Positions 1 through 12,639 of a stretch of DNA of 64,000 bases are shown here, one piece after another. Source of the DNA: Eledone cirrhosa. Lineage: Eukaryota. The notes beneath the pieces are model-generated. The model had not been told where the DNA came from and searched no databases. It saw nothing but the letters and a program-made list of their open reading frames with translations. The stretch is from NCBI GenBank assembly GCA_964016885.1, contig OZ024750.1, forward strand, positions 11,656,001-11,720,000, given 5' to 3'. The first letter of the stretch is position 1; the number at the start of each line of letters is the position of its first letter. Position numbers and translations under genes: made by a program.

Positions 1-490
1 TCACATAACATTTACATTATTCTATATATACTATTGTATTTTCATTGTAAAGGCTTTATCTCACATAATATCTCACATAACATTTACATTACTCTATACA
101 TACTATTGTATTTTCATTGTAAAGGCTTTATCTCACATAATATCTCACATAACATTTACATTACTCTATACATACTATTGTATTTTCATTGTAAAGGTTT
201 TATCTCACATAACATTTACATTACTCTATATATACTATTGTATTTTCATTGTAAAGGCTTTATCTCACATAATATCTCTCATAACATTTACATTACTCTA
301 TACATACTATTGTATTTCCATGGTAAAGGTTTTATCTCACATAACATTTACATTACTCTGTATTTACTATGGTATTTTCATAGTAAAGGCTTTATCTCAT
401 ATGATATCTCACATATCTCACATAACATTTACATTACTCTATATATACTATTGTATTTTCATGGTAAAAGCTTTATCTCACATAATATCT
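1..490. repeat. Tandem repeat of about 57-69 bp units derived from the piggyBac-like MITE
   Basis: Unit CATTTACATTACTCTATATATACTATTGTATTTTCATTGTAAAGGCTTTATCTCACATAA(TATCTCACATAA) repeats and matches the inside of the MITE at 1783 and 37293. Confidence 0.85.
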
Positions 491-568
491 CTTGTTCCTA
501 TACTAGAAATCATTGCTTTCAGTATAATTCCCATTATTCAGAAACTTGTATCTTCTTTTTTTTAACAG

Positions 569-754
569 GCTGTGGACACTATCACCGAGGATACCTGTGG
601 CATTGCAGACAATGTATACTCTTCTATTGTGAACCCATTTGCATTGACTGCTAGACTTGAACAAAAGAAATATATAACTGCAATACAAATATATACGCTT
701 GATCACATCCCAGTTCACCTTCTTGGAACAAATGATGGTCATTTACTGAAAATT
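569..754 (+). CDS. MET/RON-like receptor tyrosine kinase exon (C-terminal Sema region); gene starts upstream of the window
   Basis: ttaacag|GCT...ATT|gtaact; AVDTITEDTCG...HLLGTNDGHLLKI resembles the Sema LGTxxGxLxK blade. Confidence 0.75.
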
Positions 755-844
755 GTAACTTTTATTTCTTTTTTACTCTTCTTCTTGCTGCCATGTTTAA
801 GTATTAAATTCGTTTTCAAATTAAAATCTGCAACAGAAGATGAT

Positions 845-990
845 TGCAATGGTAGTATCGGTAGAGGGTCGGACACCATGCTTTGACGCAGAGTTATGGC
901 TCTTGCCATTCTGAGTTCAAATCCCGCCGAGGTTAACTTTGCCTTTCATCCTTACGGAGTCGATAAAATAAAGCACCAGTAATTCACTAG
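845..990 (+). mobile_element. tRNA-derived SINE with Nin-like central domain (family A). Other copies near 3466, 4079, 4630-4980, 15500-15750, 37920-38165, 40357, 48960-49400, 50357, 54580, 55960(-)
   Basis: GAGTTCAAATCCC B-box followed by GAGGTTAACTTTGCCTTTCATCCTTACGGGGTCGATAAAATAAAGTACCAG, repeated many times in the window. Confidence 0.8.
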
Positions 991-1039
991 GTAATTCCTG
1001 TTTGCTTTCACTTTTAAAACAACTGCCAATATACTTTAC

Positions 1040-1430
1040 ATGTATGGTATTTTACCTTTAATTCTCAAATGAATTCAGCTATAAGGACTAGTCGTCAACA
1101 TACAGGACTTCCCATGAAGTACCAGTTTTAATCTCCTCATTGATGACCTGAAAGACAGTAATAAGTAGAAGTGGACTGAGGTCTGATCCCTGATAGTCCC
1201 CACCACCATCACCACCACGTGCATTTCAAATTCTTCACTGTATTTATTGCCAAATCTCACATTGCTGGTTGTACCTTTATAAATAGATTACACAACCCTC
1301 GGTCTACACCTAGCTTCCTAAGTGCCCACAAGATTACAGAACATGGGATCCAGTTGGAGTCCTTTCTGTCCTTTCCCAGATCTATAGCTAAGTAGTCAGA
1401 CATTAAAAAAATCAGTACTTTATTTATAAA
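1040..1430 (-). pseudogene. Degenerate LINE (RTE-like) reverse transcriptase fragment
   Basis: Minus strand gives HQGSDLSPLLLITVFQVINEEIKTGTSWEVLYVDD* (QG..LSP and YxDD motifs) with stops and frameshifts. Confidence 0.75.
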
Positions 1431-1782
1431 CAAGTAAAAGTTGGCACCAAGATGGGCCACCGACTATAGAATGCTGCCTCAAAAAAGTCTCATCTAATTC
1501 AATCCATCACATGAGGAAAGCAAATGTAAAACCAATGAGAACGATGACCCAAGTTATCGAAAATAATTAGCTGAAGTGTTTTTTCTCATTAAGATTTTTC
1601 CATTTTTAATTTAATTTTATAAGTTTTCAGATATGTAGCTTGAGTCCTCTCAGGGCTTCTTATTAGTATCTGCCTATGTTTTTAATATCTAATATCACTT
1701 CAGTGTAAAAATGTTATTTTTACAAATGTCTCACATGTGTGATATATATCCTCTATATTTGTATCAACTTTCGCATTTTCTT

Positions 1783-2014
1783 TTAACCCTTTAGCATTTA
1801 CATTACCATATATATACTATTGTTTTTTTTTGTGGCAAACACTTTACCTCACATAATTATCTCACATAATATCGAATCTATGAGAATTTGATATTATTTA
1901 TGTTGTAAACAATACCTTAATATCAGTATGAATGGCTAGTTACAGCGGGTTTGAACAGAAAGGGGTGAGAGAATTCTGGCCAGATATTTCCGGTTTAAAT
2001 GCTTAAAGGGTTAA
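1783..2014. mobile_element. piggyBac-like MITE (TTAA-CCCTTT...AAAGGG-TTAA). Copies at 10072-10287, 37293-37506, 55316-55542
   Basis: TTAACCCTTTAGCATT and GCTTAAAGGGTTAA termini with TTAA target; internal sequence shared across copies. Confidence 0.8.
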
Positions 2015-2476
2015 AATATAAAAAAATGTATTCGTTTAATTATCATTTGATTAAAAATAATTTTATTTAATGTTCACAATTAGTTGTCTTTTCTTTGTTA
2101 ATTTTCCTAATTTTATTATATACATAATAACACTAACAACAAACTATGATTTGTTGAATGACTATTTAATGAGTAATGAATTTTGACAAATATAAAAAAG
2201 ATAAGTCTAGCTCTAAAGTCTGGCCATATTGCCATGCAAGCTGGAGAATATTTACTGCTGGTCAGTTCAGTACCATGTCCGCAGTAAATAAACACTGTCA
2301 ACAGTTCAGCCTCTACTAGGTCGCATGTAATGCTTTACACAACTCTAAATTGAAATCTATTCCTGAAATACTTTCAATTTACCCCCAACTCCCCACGCTT
2401 TACTTATATGTTCATTGTCTATCTGAATAAAGTAATTATCAAAATTTAAACAATTTTTTTTCTTTTTGTCATTCAG

Positions 2477-2602
2477 AGGAAGATAGGTACAAAAACTCAC
2501 ACCATAATGGATTATGATGTAAGTCAAGGAAGTGGACATCCAATTGAAAGGGACCTTGAATTAGTAGGAAACAAGACAGCTTATGTGCTTAGTGGTTCTA
2601 AA
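2477..2602 (+). CDS. MET/RON-like exon (end of Sema)
   Basis: ttcag|AGG...AAA|gtaatt, 42 codons RKIGTKTHTIMDYDVSQGSGHPIERDLELVGNKTAYVLSGSK, phase 0/0. Confidence 0.75.
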
Positions 2603-2729
2603 GTAATTATCATTTTCTCACATTTAATTTGCTTCTCTTTTAATTATCTACCTATTCATTAACCCTTTTGATATTAACCCTTTAGTTACCAACCCCATCC
2701 CTCTCCTCAGTTCTATAATACAAGACTGT

Positions 2730-3077
2730 TTTAACCCTTCAGTTACTGACCCAGCCAAAACTAAAGTCTTAACCCTTTAGTTATCAACCCAGCCAAAACT
2801 AAAATCTTAACCCTTTAGTTACCAACCCAGCCAAAACTATATGTTTAACCCTTTAGTTACCAACCCAGCCAAAACTAAATTTTTAACCCTTTAGTTATCA
2901 ACCCAGCCAAAACTAAATTTTTAACCCTTTAGTTATCAACCCAGCCAAAACTATATTTTTAACCCTTTAGTTACCAACCCAGCCAAAACTATATGTTTAA
3001 CTCTTTAGTTACCAACCCAGCCAAAACTAAAATCTTAACCCTTTAGTTATCAACCCAGCCAAAACTAAATTTTTAAC
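2730..3077. repeat. 39-bp minisatellite built from a MITE terminal repeat
   Basis: About 9 units of TTAACCCTTTAGTTA(C/T)CAACCCAGCCAAAACTAAATTT, followed by the MITE right end (3078-3133). Confidence 0.9.
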
Positions 3078-3232
3078 AGAAAGATGTGAGAGAATTCTGG
3101 CCAGATACAGCTAGTTTAAATGCTAAAGGGTCAAATGGTGATGATGATGATGGCCACAGTATATATATTTCATTTTTGTTTATTTGTTTTATTTTATAAT
3201 GACCAATTTCTTTTCTGGCTTTTCTATTTAAG

Positions 3233-3400
3233 GTGATTCGATTTTCTCTTGACTCCTGTGATGTATATTCAAGCTGTCGAACCTGTGTGACATCGAAGGA
3301 TGTGATGAAATGTGGCTGGTGTCTTAATAAGTGTACATCACATGCTGAATGTGAAGGAAAGTCATGGAACCCTGATCTCTGTGTCCCTGTTATAACATCT
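3233..3400 (+). CDS. MET/RON-like exon, PSI domain
   Basis: aag|GTG...TCT|gtaagg; SCDVYSSCRTCV...CGWCLNKCTSHAEC...W...CVPVITS. Confidence 0.92.
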
Positions 3401-4451
3401 GTAAGGATTATGCTTTTTTCTTTTTTGGCGATTTTCTTTAAGTGTATCTATTATCTCAACTGCAGGCGGTGGATTGGCAGTATCAGTAGAGGGTCAGATG
3501 CCATGCTTTGCAGCATAGAGTTATGGCCCTTTATGATCTGAGTTCAAATCCCGCCGAGGTTAACTTTACCTTACATCCTTATGGGTCGATAAAATAAAGT
3601 ACCAGTCACGCACTGGGGTCGATTCAATCGACTTTCCCCTCCCCCAAAATTGCTGGCCTTGTACCTATATAAGAAACCATTATCTCGAATGCTGGTCTTC
3701 CACAAACAAATTTTGCCCAGACATGTGCCTCAGAGAGGAACTTTCTAGATGCAAATCCCGTGGTTATTCGTGACCGAAAAGAGTCTTTACCCTTTTACCC
3801 TTTCATTTTTTAACTTTATAAAAAAGTTAGTTTGTAAATTGACATATTAGTAGAATTGTTTAGAGGCTAAAATTGTAGGCATCAGTCTGCAGTCCCTAAT
3901 GTTGTGCCCACTATTATTGTGTTGAATCCCCTTGTCTGCATAATAACACTACATCCTTCTCTTACCCTTGTTCTCAACTTTTGCATTATTGAGGATCCTA
4001 CGGATCCTAGAATTTTGAAAAGTCTGTTTGTTCAACAAGCTGATAAACTCCATGCCATCATCACCAATATTAATTTTGGGGTGGATTGGCAGTATCGGTA
4101 GAGGGTCGGACACCATGCTTTGCCATTCTGAGTTCAAATCCCGCCGAGGTTAACTTTGCTTTCATCCTTATGGGGTCGATAAAATAAAGTACCAGTAATG
4201 TACTGGGTATTTGCTGGCCTTGTGCCTAATGTAGAAACAATTAATTTTGTTGACCTCCGTGGACCCACAAATTACAGGCTGGTAACTGCTGCCTTATCTG
4301 ATAAATGGACAATATATCTACTTCAAAAATTACCCATCAATATCTATATTTTCAGATCTATCCAACCCATACTTGCATGAAATAAAGACTTATTTTAAAA
4401 GAAGTATTTTTCTTTGCTATTGTGTTTTTTTTTGTTTTTAACTTTTCTTAG

Positions 4452-4594
4452 TTTTCCCCAACATCTGGTCCATTTGAGGGTAACACTCTGTTGACTATCA
4501 GAGGGGATTATTTTACCAATGAAAACTCTTCAACTAACATTGAGGTCCTGATCAAAGAAACAGCGTGTATTGTACAAAGCTATCAGGAAACAAT
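4452..4594 (+). CDS. MET/RON-like exon, IPT/TIG domain
   Basis: ttag|TTT...AT|gtgagt; FSPTSGPFEGNTLLTIRG. Confidence 0.92.
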
Positions 4595-5202
4595 GTGAGT
4601 TGATATTTCTAATATATCTATTTGTTATTGGTGGATTGGCAGTATCGGTAGATTGTCAGACGCTATGCTTTGCAGCATAGAGTTACGGCCCTTTATGATC
4701 TAAGTTCAAATCCCACCCACCAAAGTACTGGCCTTGTGCCTATATATGAAACCATTATTATTATGGCGGTTGATTGGCAGTATCGGTAGATGGTCGGACG
4801 CCATGCTTTGCAGCATCAAGTTACGACCCTTTATGATCTGAGTTCAAATCCCGCTGAGGTTAACTTGCCTTTCATCCTTACAGTGTCAATAAAATAAAGT
4901 ACCAGTCACACACTGGGGTCGATTTAATCGACTTTCCCCTCCAACCAAAGTACTGGCCTTGTGTCTATATAAGAAACTGTTATTAGATGGCAGAAATTGT
5001 ACAGACCTGAGATTAATAAAGAACTTGCACTTGCAGTGTTTAGAAGCATTGTTTTATATAATAAAATGGCAGGAATTGTACAGATCTGGTGTTGGTGTCA
5101 GTAAGAGTATCTAGCTGTAAAACATTGCCTCAAAATGTTCTATCCAACCCATACTAGAAACTGGTATGAAAGAGTTAATATTATTTAATTTTCATATTTC
5201 AG

Positions 5203-5335
5203 GATTACATGTCTAACCAAGCAGTCAAAGGATGATACAGGCAATGTTCACATTAAAGTAGACTCAAGGAGCTTTTCAATAACCCAACCAAATATCACCG
5301 GGCAAGATACCATCACTGAATCCTTCAAATTCTTT
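5203..5335 (+). CDS. MET/RON-like exon, IPT domain
   Basis: ttcag|G ATT ACA TGT...TTT|gtaagt; ITCLTKQ...ESFKFF; phase matches neighbours. Confidence 0.88.
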
Positions 5336-5754
5336 GTAAGTATACACATAATATAAAGAGATGTCTTTCTTTGTAGTTCTTTTCTTGGAATTGATCCACT
5401 GTCATCATTATCACCACCACCACCACCACCATTATTATCATCATCATCATCATCATGACCACCATCATCACACCACAAACACCTTCATCATCACCATTAC
5501 CACCATCATCATCACCACCACCACCACCACCACCACTATTATCATCATCATCACCATCATCACACTACCACCACCACCATCATCACACTACCACCACCAT
5601 CATCATCACACTACCACCACCACCACCACCACCACCATTATTGTCAACTTTTTCACTTTTAATATATTTCTTGTCGGGTTTTTTTTTTTCTTTTTTTTTT
5701 TCATTTATTTTATCCTTTTTTTTTTTCACTTTTTTTTAATTTCATAATTTAAAG

Positions 5755-5891
5755 GATCCCAAGATCTTCAACTATACACCCAAATTTGGTCCAAAGTCTG
5801 GTGGCACCAGATGTACTTTTAATGGAGAGAAACTAAACATTGGATCTACAGCGACTGTTATAATCAATTCCAAAAATTTCACAAATATTCT
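5755..5891 (+). CDS. MET/RON-like exon, IPT domain
   Basis: aaag|GAT...CT|gtaagt; DPKIFNYTPKFGPKSGGTRCTFNGEKLNIGS. Confidence 0.92.
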
Positions 5892-5912
5892 GTAAGTATC
5901 CAAATTAACCCT

Positions 5913-6748
5913 TTAACATTCACATTATTCTATATTTACTATTGTATTTTCCCATTACACTATATTTACTATTGTATTTTCACATTACTCTATATTTACT
6001 ATTGTATTTTCACATTACACTATATTTACTATTGTATTTTCACATTACACTATATTTACTATTGTATTTTCACATTACACTATATTTACTATTGTATTTT
6101 CACATTACTCTATTACACTATATTTACTATTGTATTTTCACATTACTCTATATTTACTATTGTATTTTCACATTACACTATATTTACTATTGTATTTTCA
6201 CATTACACTATATTTACTATTGTATTTTCACATTACACTATATTTACTATTGTATTTTCACATTACACTATATTTACTATTGTATTTTCACATTACACTA
6301 TATTTACTATTGTATTTTCACATTACTCTATTACACTATATTTACTATTGTATTTTCACACTACTCTATATTTACTATTGTATTTTCACATTACACTATA
6401 TTTACTATTGTATTTTCACACTACTCTATATTTACTATTGTATTTTCACATTACACTATATTTACTATTGTATTTTCACATTACTCTATATTTACTATTG
6501 TATTTTCACATTACTCTATATTTACTATTGTATTTTCACACTACTCTATATTTACTATTGTATTTTCACATTACACTATATTTACTATTGTATTTTCACA
6601 CTACTCTATATTTACTATTGTATTTTCACACTACTCTATATTTACTATTGTATTTTCACATTACACTATATTTACTATTGTATTTTCACACTACTCTATA
6701 TTTACTATTGTATTTTCACATTACTCTATATTTACTATTGTATTTTCA
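5913..6748. repeat. 30-bp minisatellite (about 27 units) filling an intron
   Basis: TATATTTACTATTGTATTTTCACA(T/C)TAC(A/T)C units, preceded by the MITE end TTAACCCTTTAACATT. Confidence 0.95.
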
Positions 6749-6758
6749 TGTATTTTAG

Positions 6759-6923
6759 CCGAAAAGACAATCAAATCTTTGCAGACACACCAGCAGTAGA
6801 TTCTCCCATTGATGGCGTTATAAAAGTCATTATTGATGGTAAAATCATGAAGCTACCTAACAAATACAACTATACCGAAGATCCCATAATTAATTCAGTT
6901 AATTCTACACTGAGTATCCAAAG
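6759..6923 (+). CDS. MET/RON-like exon, IPT domain
   Basis: ttttag|C CGA...AG|gtgagt; IFADTPAVD...KVIIDG...YNYTEDPIINSV. Confidence 0.9.
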
Positions 6924-7225
6924 GTGAGTCTTAACATTTATTACATTCCGTAGGACTTGCAATGGGATGAGATATGGTAATGACTAGTGTTAAAAATGGA
7001 AAGAATTTTCATAAATTTCTAAATCTTTTTGAAACCAAAAAATTCTCTCACCAAACAAATAGCTGATTTATTATAAGACACATTTTAAAGCAAGCAGTAA
7101 CATTACTTTATGTCCCACATAAACAATAAATCCTGCAGCTGAGCAGGTCAATGAAGAATAGTGGTATATATATATTTATCCTTATCGAGCCCTCTTTGGA
7201 TTTTAGTCTTCAAATTTATTATTAT

Positions 7226-7279
<54 letters not shown>

Positions 7280-7627
7280 TAAAATAACAGATTAAAGTTT
7301 AAGCAAAGAATCGCTGCTTTCACCCTTAATGGGATCTACTGAGCCCTCTTTGGATTTTAGTCTTCATATTTATTATTATTACTATTATTATTATATATAT
7401 GTATGTAAAAGGTAAACAGAAATAACAACACAATTGGTACAGTATATGGAAGGAATATATTAAGTTAATGCTTGATATAGCAGGAAGAGGGTCTTAACGT
7501 TTCGGACGCTAGTCCTTCACCAGAAGAAACAATGAGAAATAAGATACGATTGAGGAGACAGGCGGGATGGAATTGGAAAAAAATGTCTTTAGATAAAAAT
7601 AACAGGTCCATTCATGTTGACATCTCT

Positions 7628-7690
<63 letters not shown>

Positions 7691-7844
7691 CGAAGTTGAA
7701 GATGTTAGGGTCCTTTATTAATTAATAAAGACCCTAACATCTTCAACTTCGCATTTTCCTCTTTATTAATATACTCCGTCATCCTTGTTTTTAGGAAGTA
7801 ATTCGACGTTGAGTGCTAGAAGTGATTACATCCTTGTTTACCGA

Positions 7845-7883
<39 letters not shown>

Positions 7884-8698
7884 TAGATATAAGTATTTTA
7901 TTGTTTTGTTTGACAAACGAGCTAGATGTTTCTGCAAGAATCATCTAGTTTCTCGAAACCTTCGGTAATGAAATAATTATATTATGTTGTTCATTATGTA
8001 ATTAAATAGCTCTGTACAATACATAGAGCACTCTTCTTTCCTTTACTTTTTCTATGGAAATACTTAACATATAAATATATATATATATATGGATGTAAAT
8101 ATAATGTATTTTGCAATACACTTTATGCTTAATTAAAAGCATTTTGAAGACCGTAAGCTATTGTTTTAAAGTAGTGACAAATTCACTCACTTCGATCTCA
8201 GCAAAATTTACATCCATATATATATTGCTATTTCAGAGCTACAATTCTAATATATATATATATATATATATAGTGAAGGCACGTGGCTGAGTAGTTAGAG
8301 AATTGGATGCACAATCTTGAGGTTGTGAGTTTGATTCCCGAACCGGGCAATGCATTATATCTTTGAGCAAGACACTTTATTTCACGTTGCTCCTTCTACC
8401 TGGAGTTGTGACTGATAGACAGTATTAGCAATTTGAAAGACCAATAGAAACATTGTTTCCTCAGTCCGGTTTGATGAAAATCAATTGACTGTCAATATAT
8501 ATATATAAACTCTACTAAAAAAGGAAGTATAGGTTGGCATGAGAAAGGGTAACTTCTCCACAGAAAATACTGCCTCAAAAAGTCTCATTCAACCCATACT
8601 AACATAGAAAAGTCAATTTAAAAACAATGATTGGACAATTATGATTAATTAATCAATTATTTTAATTTCTCTTTCTGTTGTTTTTGTTGTTATTATAG

Positions 8699-8801
8699 TG
8701 GTGGAATAATGATAGATTTCTTGGGCAAAAATCTAAATACAGTAATGGAACCAAGAATAAGTGGTAATACTGTTGAATCAAAGCAACCTTTGTCTGAAGA
8801 G
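8699..8801 (+). CDS. MET/RON-like exon, IPT domain
   Basis: atag|T GGT GGA...GAG|gtaaga; SGGIMIDFLGKNLNTVMEPRI. Confidence 0.9.
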
Positions 8802-9257
8802 GTAAGAATTATCAAGTTTGTTGGAATATATGAGACACTGTCGCAGTAAAAATACCACTAGTTTCCTCATTAACAGTACTTACATACTACTACTACTACT
8901 GAGACTACTACTACTGCTACTGTTACTACTACTTCTACCACCACCACTACTACTACTGTTACCACTGCTACTACCACCACCACCACCACCACACTACCAC
9001 CACCACCGCTACTCTACTACTACTACTGTTTAATTTAAAGTGATTGTATTTATCTAAAAACATTCTATCATAATTCTATTTAAGAACATGTGTTAAGTTA
9101 TGTTCCAAACTCCAGATAAATACTAAGAGATTTAGTTATATTACTAAATCCTTCCAACTTCTTCAATATTTTCAAAATTATTTGAAAATCATAGGCAGTG
9201 TCTGTCAAAACTAAATACATTACTAATTTCTATTTTGGTTCTGTTTCTCTTCTCTAG

Positions 9258-9509
9258 CGCTGTGTCTCAAATAAAGCAGGAACTTGGTTACATTGTAAAA
9301 GTCCCAAGATGTATGGTGACGCCATCAAACAAATAAAATCTGTAGATATTCATTTAATAATGGATGGAGTTGTAGGTCTTTACAATTTATCAAGGACAAA
9401 TCCACTTATAAGTCGATTCCGTTATTATCCTGATCCTATTCTTCACCAATTCTCTGGAGACAATCATGTCTTTAAGTATAGTAAAAATATAAAAGAAGTC
9501 GAGATAAAG
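9258..9509 (+). CDS. MET/RON-like exon, IPT domain
   Basis: tctag|CGC...AAG|gtaaga; RCVSNKAGTWLHCKSP...LIMDGV...FRYYPDP. Confidence 0.92.
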
Positions 9510-10529
9510 GTAAGAGAATTCTCGATTATTTTCATGAACACTTCTAATACTCTACGTTTTATTTTGTATAAGTATATACCTACACTTACACCACACTTAG
9601 ACTACACTTACACTACACTTATATTGCACTTGCACTACACTTATACCTACACTTACACTACACCTACACTTGCACTACACTACACATATACCTACACTAG
9701 CACAATACTTACACCTACACTAGCACAACACTTATACTACACTTACATTACACTTATACCTCTATACTTACACTATACCTACACTACACTATACCATACT
9801 TACACTACACTTACACAATACTTATACAACACTTACACAACACTTACACATCACTTATACTACACTTACATTACACTTACACTACTTTTTATTTTGTATA
9901 AGTCTCCAGGTAGAGCTGCTACTTCTCCAAATTAAGAGATCACAGCTCTGATATTATGAACATGTAGTTAGAATGTCTTAGGAAAGAATTGCTGGACAGA
10001 TTTTATGTGCAAAACCAACCAGCAGAGACAAATAGTGTCTATTCAGTGCCAACATGATTCTTTACCAAAGAAACCCTTTAGCACTTAAACTGGTCGTATC
10101 TAGCCAGAATTCTCTCACCTCCTTCTCTTCAAACCAGCTGTAACTGGCCACTCATACCAATGTCAAGATATTGATCTCAAAATAAACAATATCAAAATCT
10201 CATGAATTCGATATTATGTGAGATAAAGCATTTACCATGAAAATACAATGGTATATATAGAGTAATGTGAAAGCATAAAAGGGTTAATAAGTCAGTATAA
10301 TGTGATTTTTTAATCAGCACTTTACATTTTAAATTCATATCCTATTGAAGTTAATTTTGTCTTTCATTATTCTGGGGGAGAAATATTAAAATGAAGTAAC
10401 AGAACAGAATTACTAAGGGGCTGGACAAAATGTTTTACACTGCCTTTCATTGTTTTGTTGTTTTGTTTTATATTTCTTAGTTCATTTTTATTTTTTTATT
10501 TTATTTTTATATATTTTTTTTAATTTCAG

Positions 10530-10691
10530 GGTAAAAATATAACTTTAGTTGTCAAAAAAGAAGATATTCACATCACAATTGATGACTCAATTCCATGTGA
10601 AGTCACTCATCTAGCATTATCTTCCATAAAATGTGTTCCCAAAAGTATGCCTTTTGAAAACATCACCAAAAATTTCAAATTAGAAGTGAAG
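10530..10691 (+). CDS. MET/RON-like exon, last IPT domain
   Basis: ttcag|GGT...AAG|gtaata; GKNITLVVKKEDIHITIDDSIPCEVTHLALSSIKCVP. Confidence 0.9.
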
Positions 10692-10914
10692 GTAATAACT
10701 ATTATATTACATAGGATTTTATTATTTTTCTGTTATTTTCTTTAATGTTTTAGTCACTGGAATGTGGCCATGCTGTAGCACTACCTTCAAGGCTTTTAAT
10801 TCATTGTATCAAACCCAAATAGTTATTTTAGCCTGGCACTTATTTTATTACTCTCTAGTTGTTGAACTACTAAGTTATACGACAAAAAGCTACACAAATA
10901 ATACGAGTCCATGG

Positions 10915-12639
10915 TGCCATGTAGTAGGATCAAATCTAGGACCACGTAGAACACTCTTCTCCATGGTTCCATGTAGTGGCCTCAAATCTAGGACCATGTA
11001 GAACACCCTTGTCCATGGACCCATGTAGTGGAGTTGAATCTAGGACCATGTAGAACACCCTTGTCCGTGGACCCATGTAGTGGGGTTGAATCTAGGACCA
11101 TGAAGAAGACCCTTGTCCATGGAGCCATGTAGTGGGGACCATGTGACTGCATCTAGAACCATGTGGCTGCATCTAGGACCATGTGGCTGCATCTAGGACC
11201 ATGTGACTGCATCTAGGACCATGTGACTGCATCTAGGACCATGTGGCTGCATCTAGGACCATGTGACTGCATCTAGAACCATGTGACTGCATCTAAGGAC
11301 CATGTGGCTGCATCTAGGACCATGTGGCTGCATCTAGGACCATGTGGCTGCATCTAAGGACCATGTGACTGCATCTAGGACCACGTGGCTGCATCTAGGA
11401 CCATGTGACTGCATCTAGGACCATGTGGCTGCATCTAAGGACCATGTGACTGCATCTAGGACCACGTGGCTGCATCTAAGGACCATGTTGCTGCATCTAG
11501 GACCATGTGACTGCATCTAGGACCACGTGGCTGCATCTAAGGACCATGTGACTGCATCTAGGACCACGTGGCTGCATCTAGGACCATGTGACTGCATCTA
11601 GGACCATGTGGCTGCATCTAGAACCACGTGGCTGCATCTAGGACCATGTGGCTGCATCTAGGACCACGTGGCTGCATCTAGGACCACGTGGCTGCATCTA
11701 GGACCATGTGACTGCATCTAGGACCATGTGACTGCATCTAGGACCACGTGGCTGCATCTAGGACCATGTGGCTGCATCTAGGACCATGTTGCTGCATCTA
11801 GGACCATGTGGCTGCATCTAAGGACCATGTTGCTGCATCTAAGGACCATGTGGCTGCATCTAAGGACCATGTGACTGCATCTAGGACCATGTGACTGCAT
11901 CTAGGACCACGTGGCTGCATCTAGGACTATGTGACTGCATCTAGGACCACGTGGCTGCATCTAGGACCACGTGGCTGCATCTAGGACTATGTGACTGCAT
12001 CTAGGACCATGTGACTGCATCTAGGACCACGTGGCTGCATCTAGGACTATGTGACTGCATCTAGGACCACGTGGCTGCATCTAGGACCACGTGGCTGCAT
12101 CTAGGACTATGTGACTGCATCTAGGACCATGTGACTGCATCTAGGACCACGTGGCTGCATCTAGGACCATGTGACTGCATCTAGGACCATGTGACTGCAT
12201 CTAGGACCACGTGGCTGCATCTAGGACTATGTGACTGCATCTAGGACCATGTGACTGCATCTAGGACCATGTGACTGCATCTAGGACCACGTGGCTGCAT
12301 CTAGGACCACGTGACTGCATCTAGGACCATGTGGCTGCATCTAGGACCACGTGGCTGCATCTAGGACCACGTGGCTGCATCTAGGACCACGTGGCTGCAT
12401 CTAGGACCATGTGGCTGCATCTAGGACCACGTGGCTGCATCTAGGACCACGTGACTGCATCTAGGACCACGTGACTGCATCTAGGACCATGTGACTGCAT
12501 CTAGGACCACGTGGCTGCATCTAGGACCATGTGACTGCATCTAGGACCATGTGGCTGCATCTAGGACCATGTGACTGCATCTAGGACCATGTGACTGCAT
12601 CTAGGACCATGTGACTGCATCTAGGACCACGTGGCTGCA
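10915..12639. repeat. 46-bp units (10915-11140) grading into a 20/21-bp minisatellite (about 75 units) inside a SINE-like repeat
   Basis: GGACCA(T/C)GTG(A/G)CTGCATCTA(A) array. Confidence 0.95.

Noticed and set aside
34-568. 206-aa repetitive ORF, and the 265/285-aa ORFs at 5942-6799
   Set aside because: Read-through of stop-free minisatellites; only the spliced parts are coding
4030-4080. Antisense match to exon 6759-6923 or 4452-4594
   Set aside because: Two equally weak alternative partners; cannot be separated from chance by eye
11137-12639. CRISPR-like regular array
   Set aside because: Head-to-tail units with no unique spacers, no cas genes, eukaryotic context
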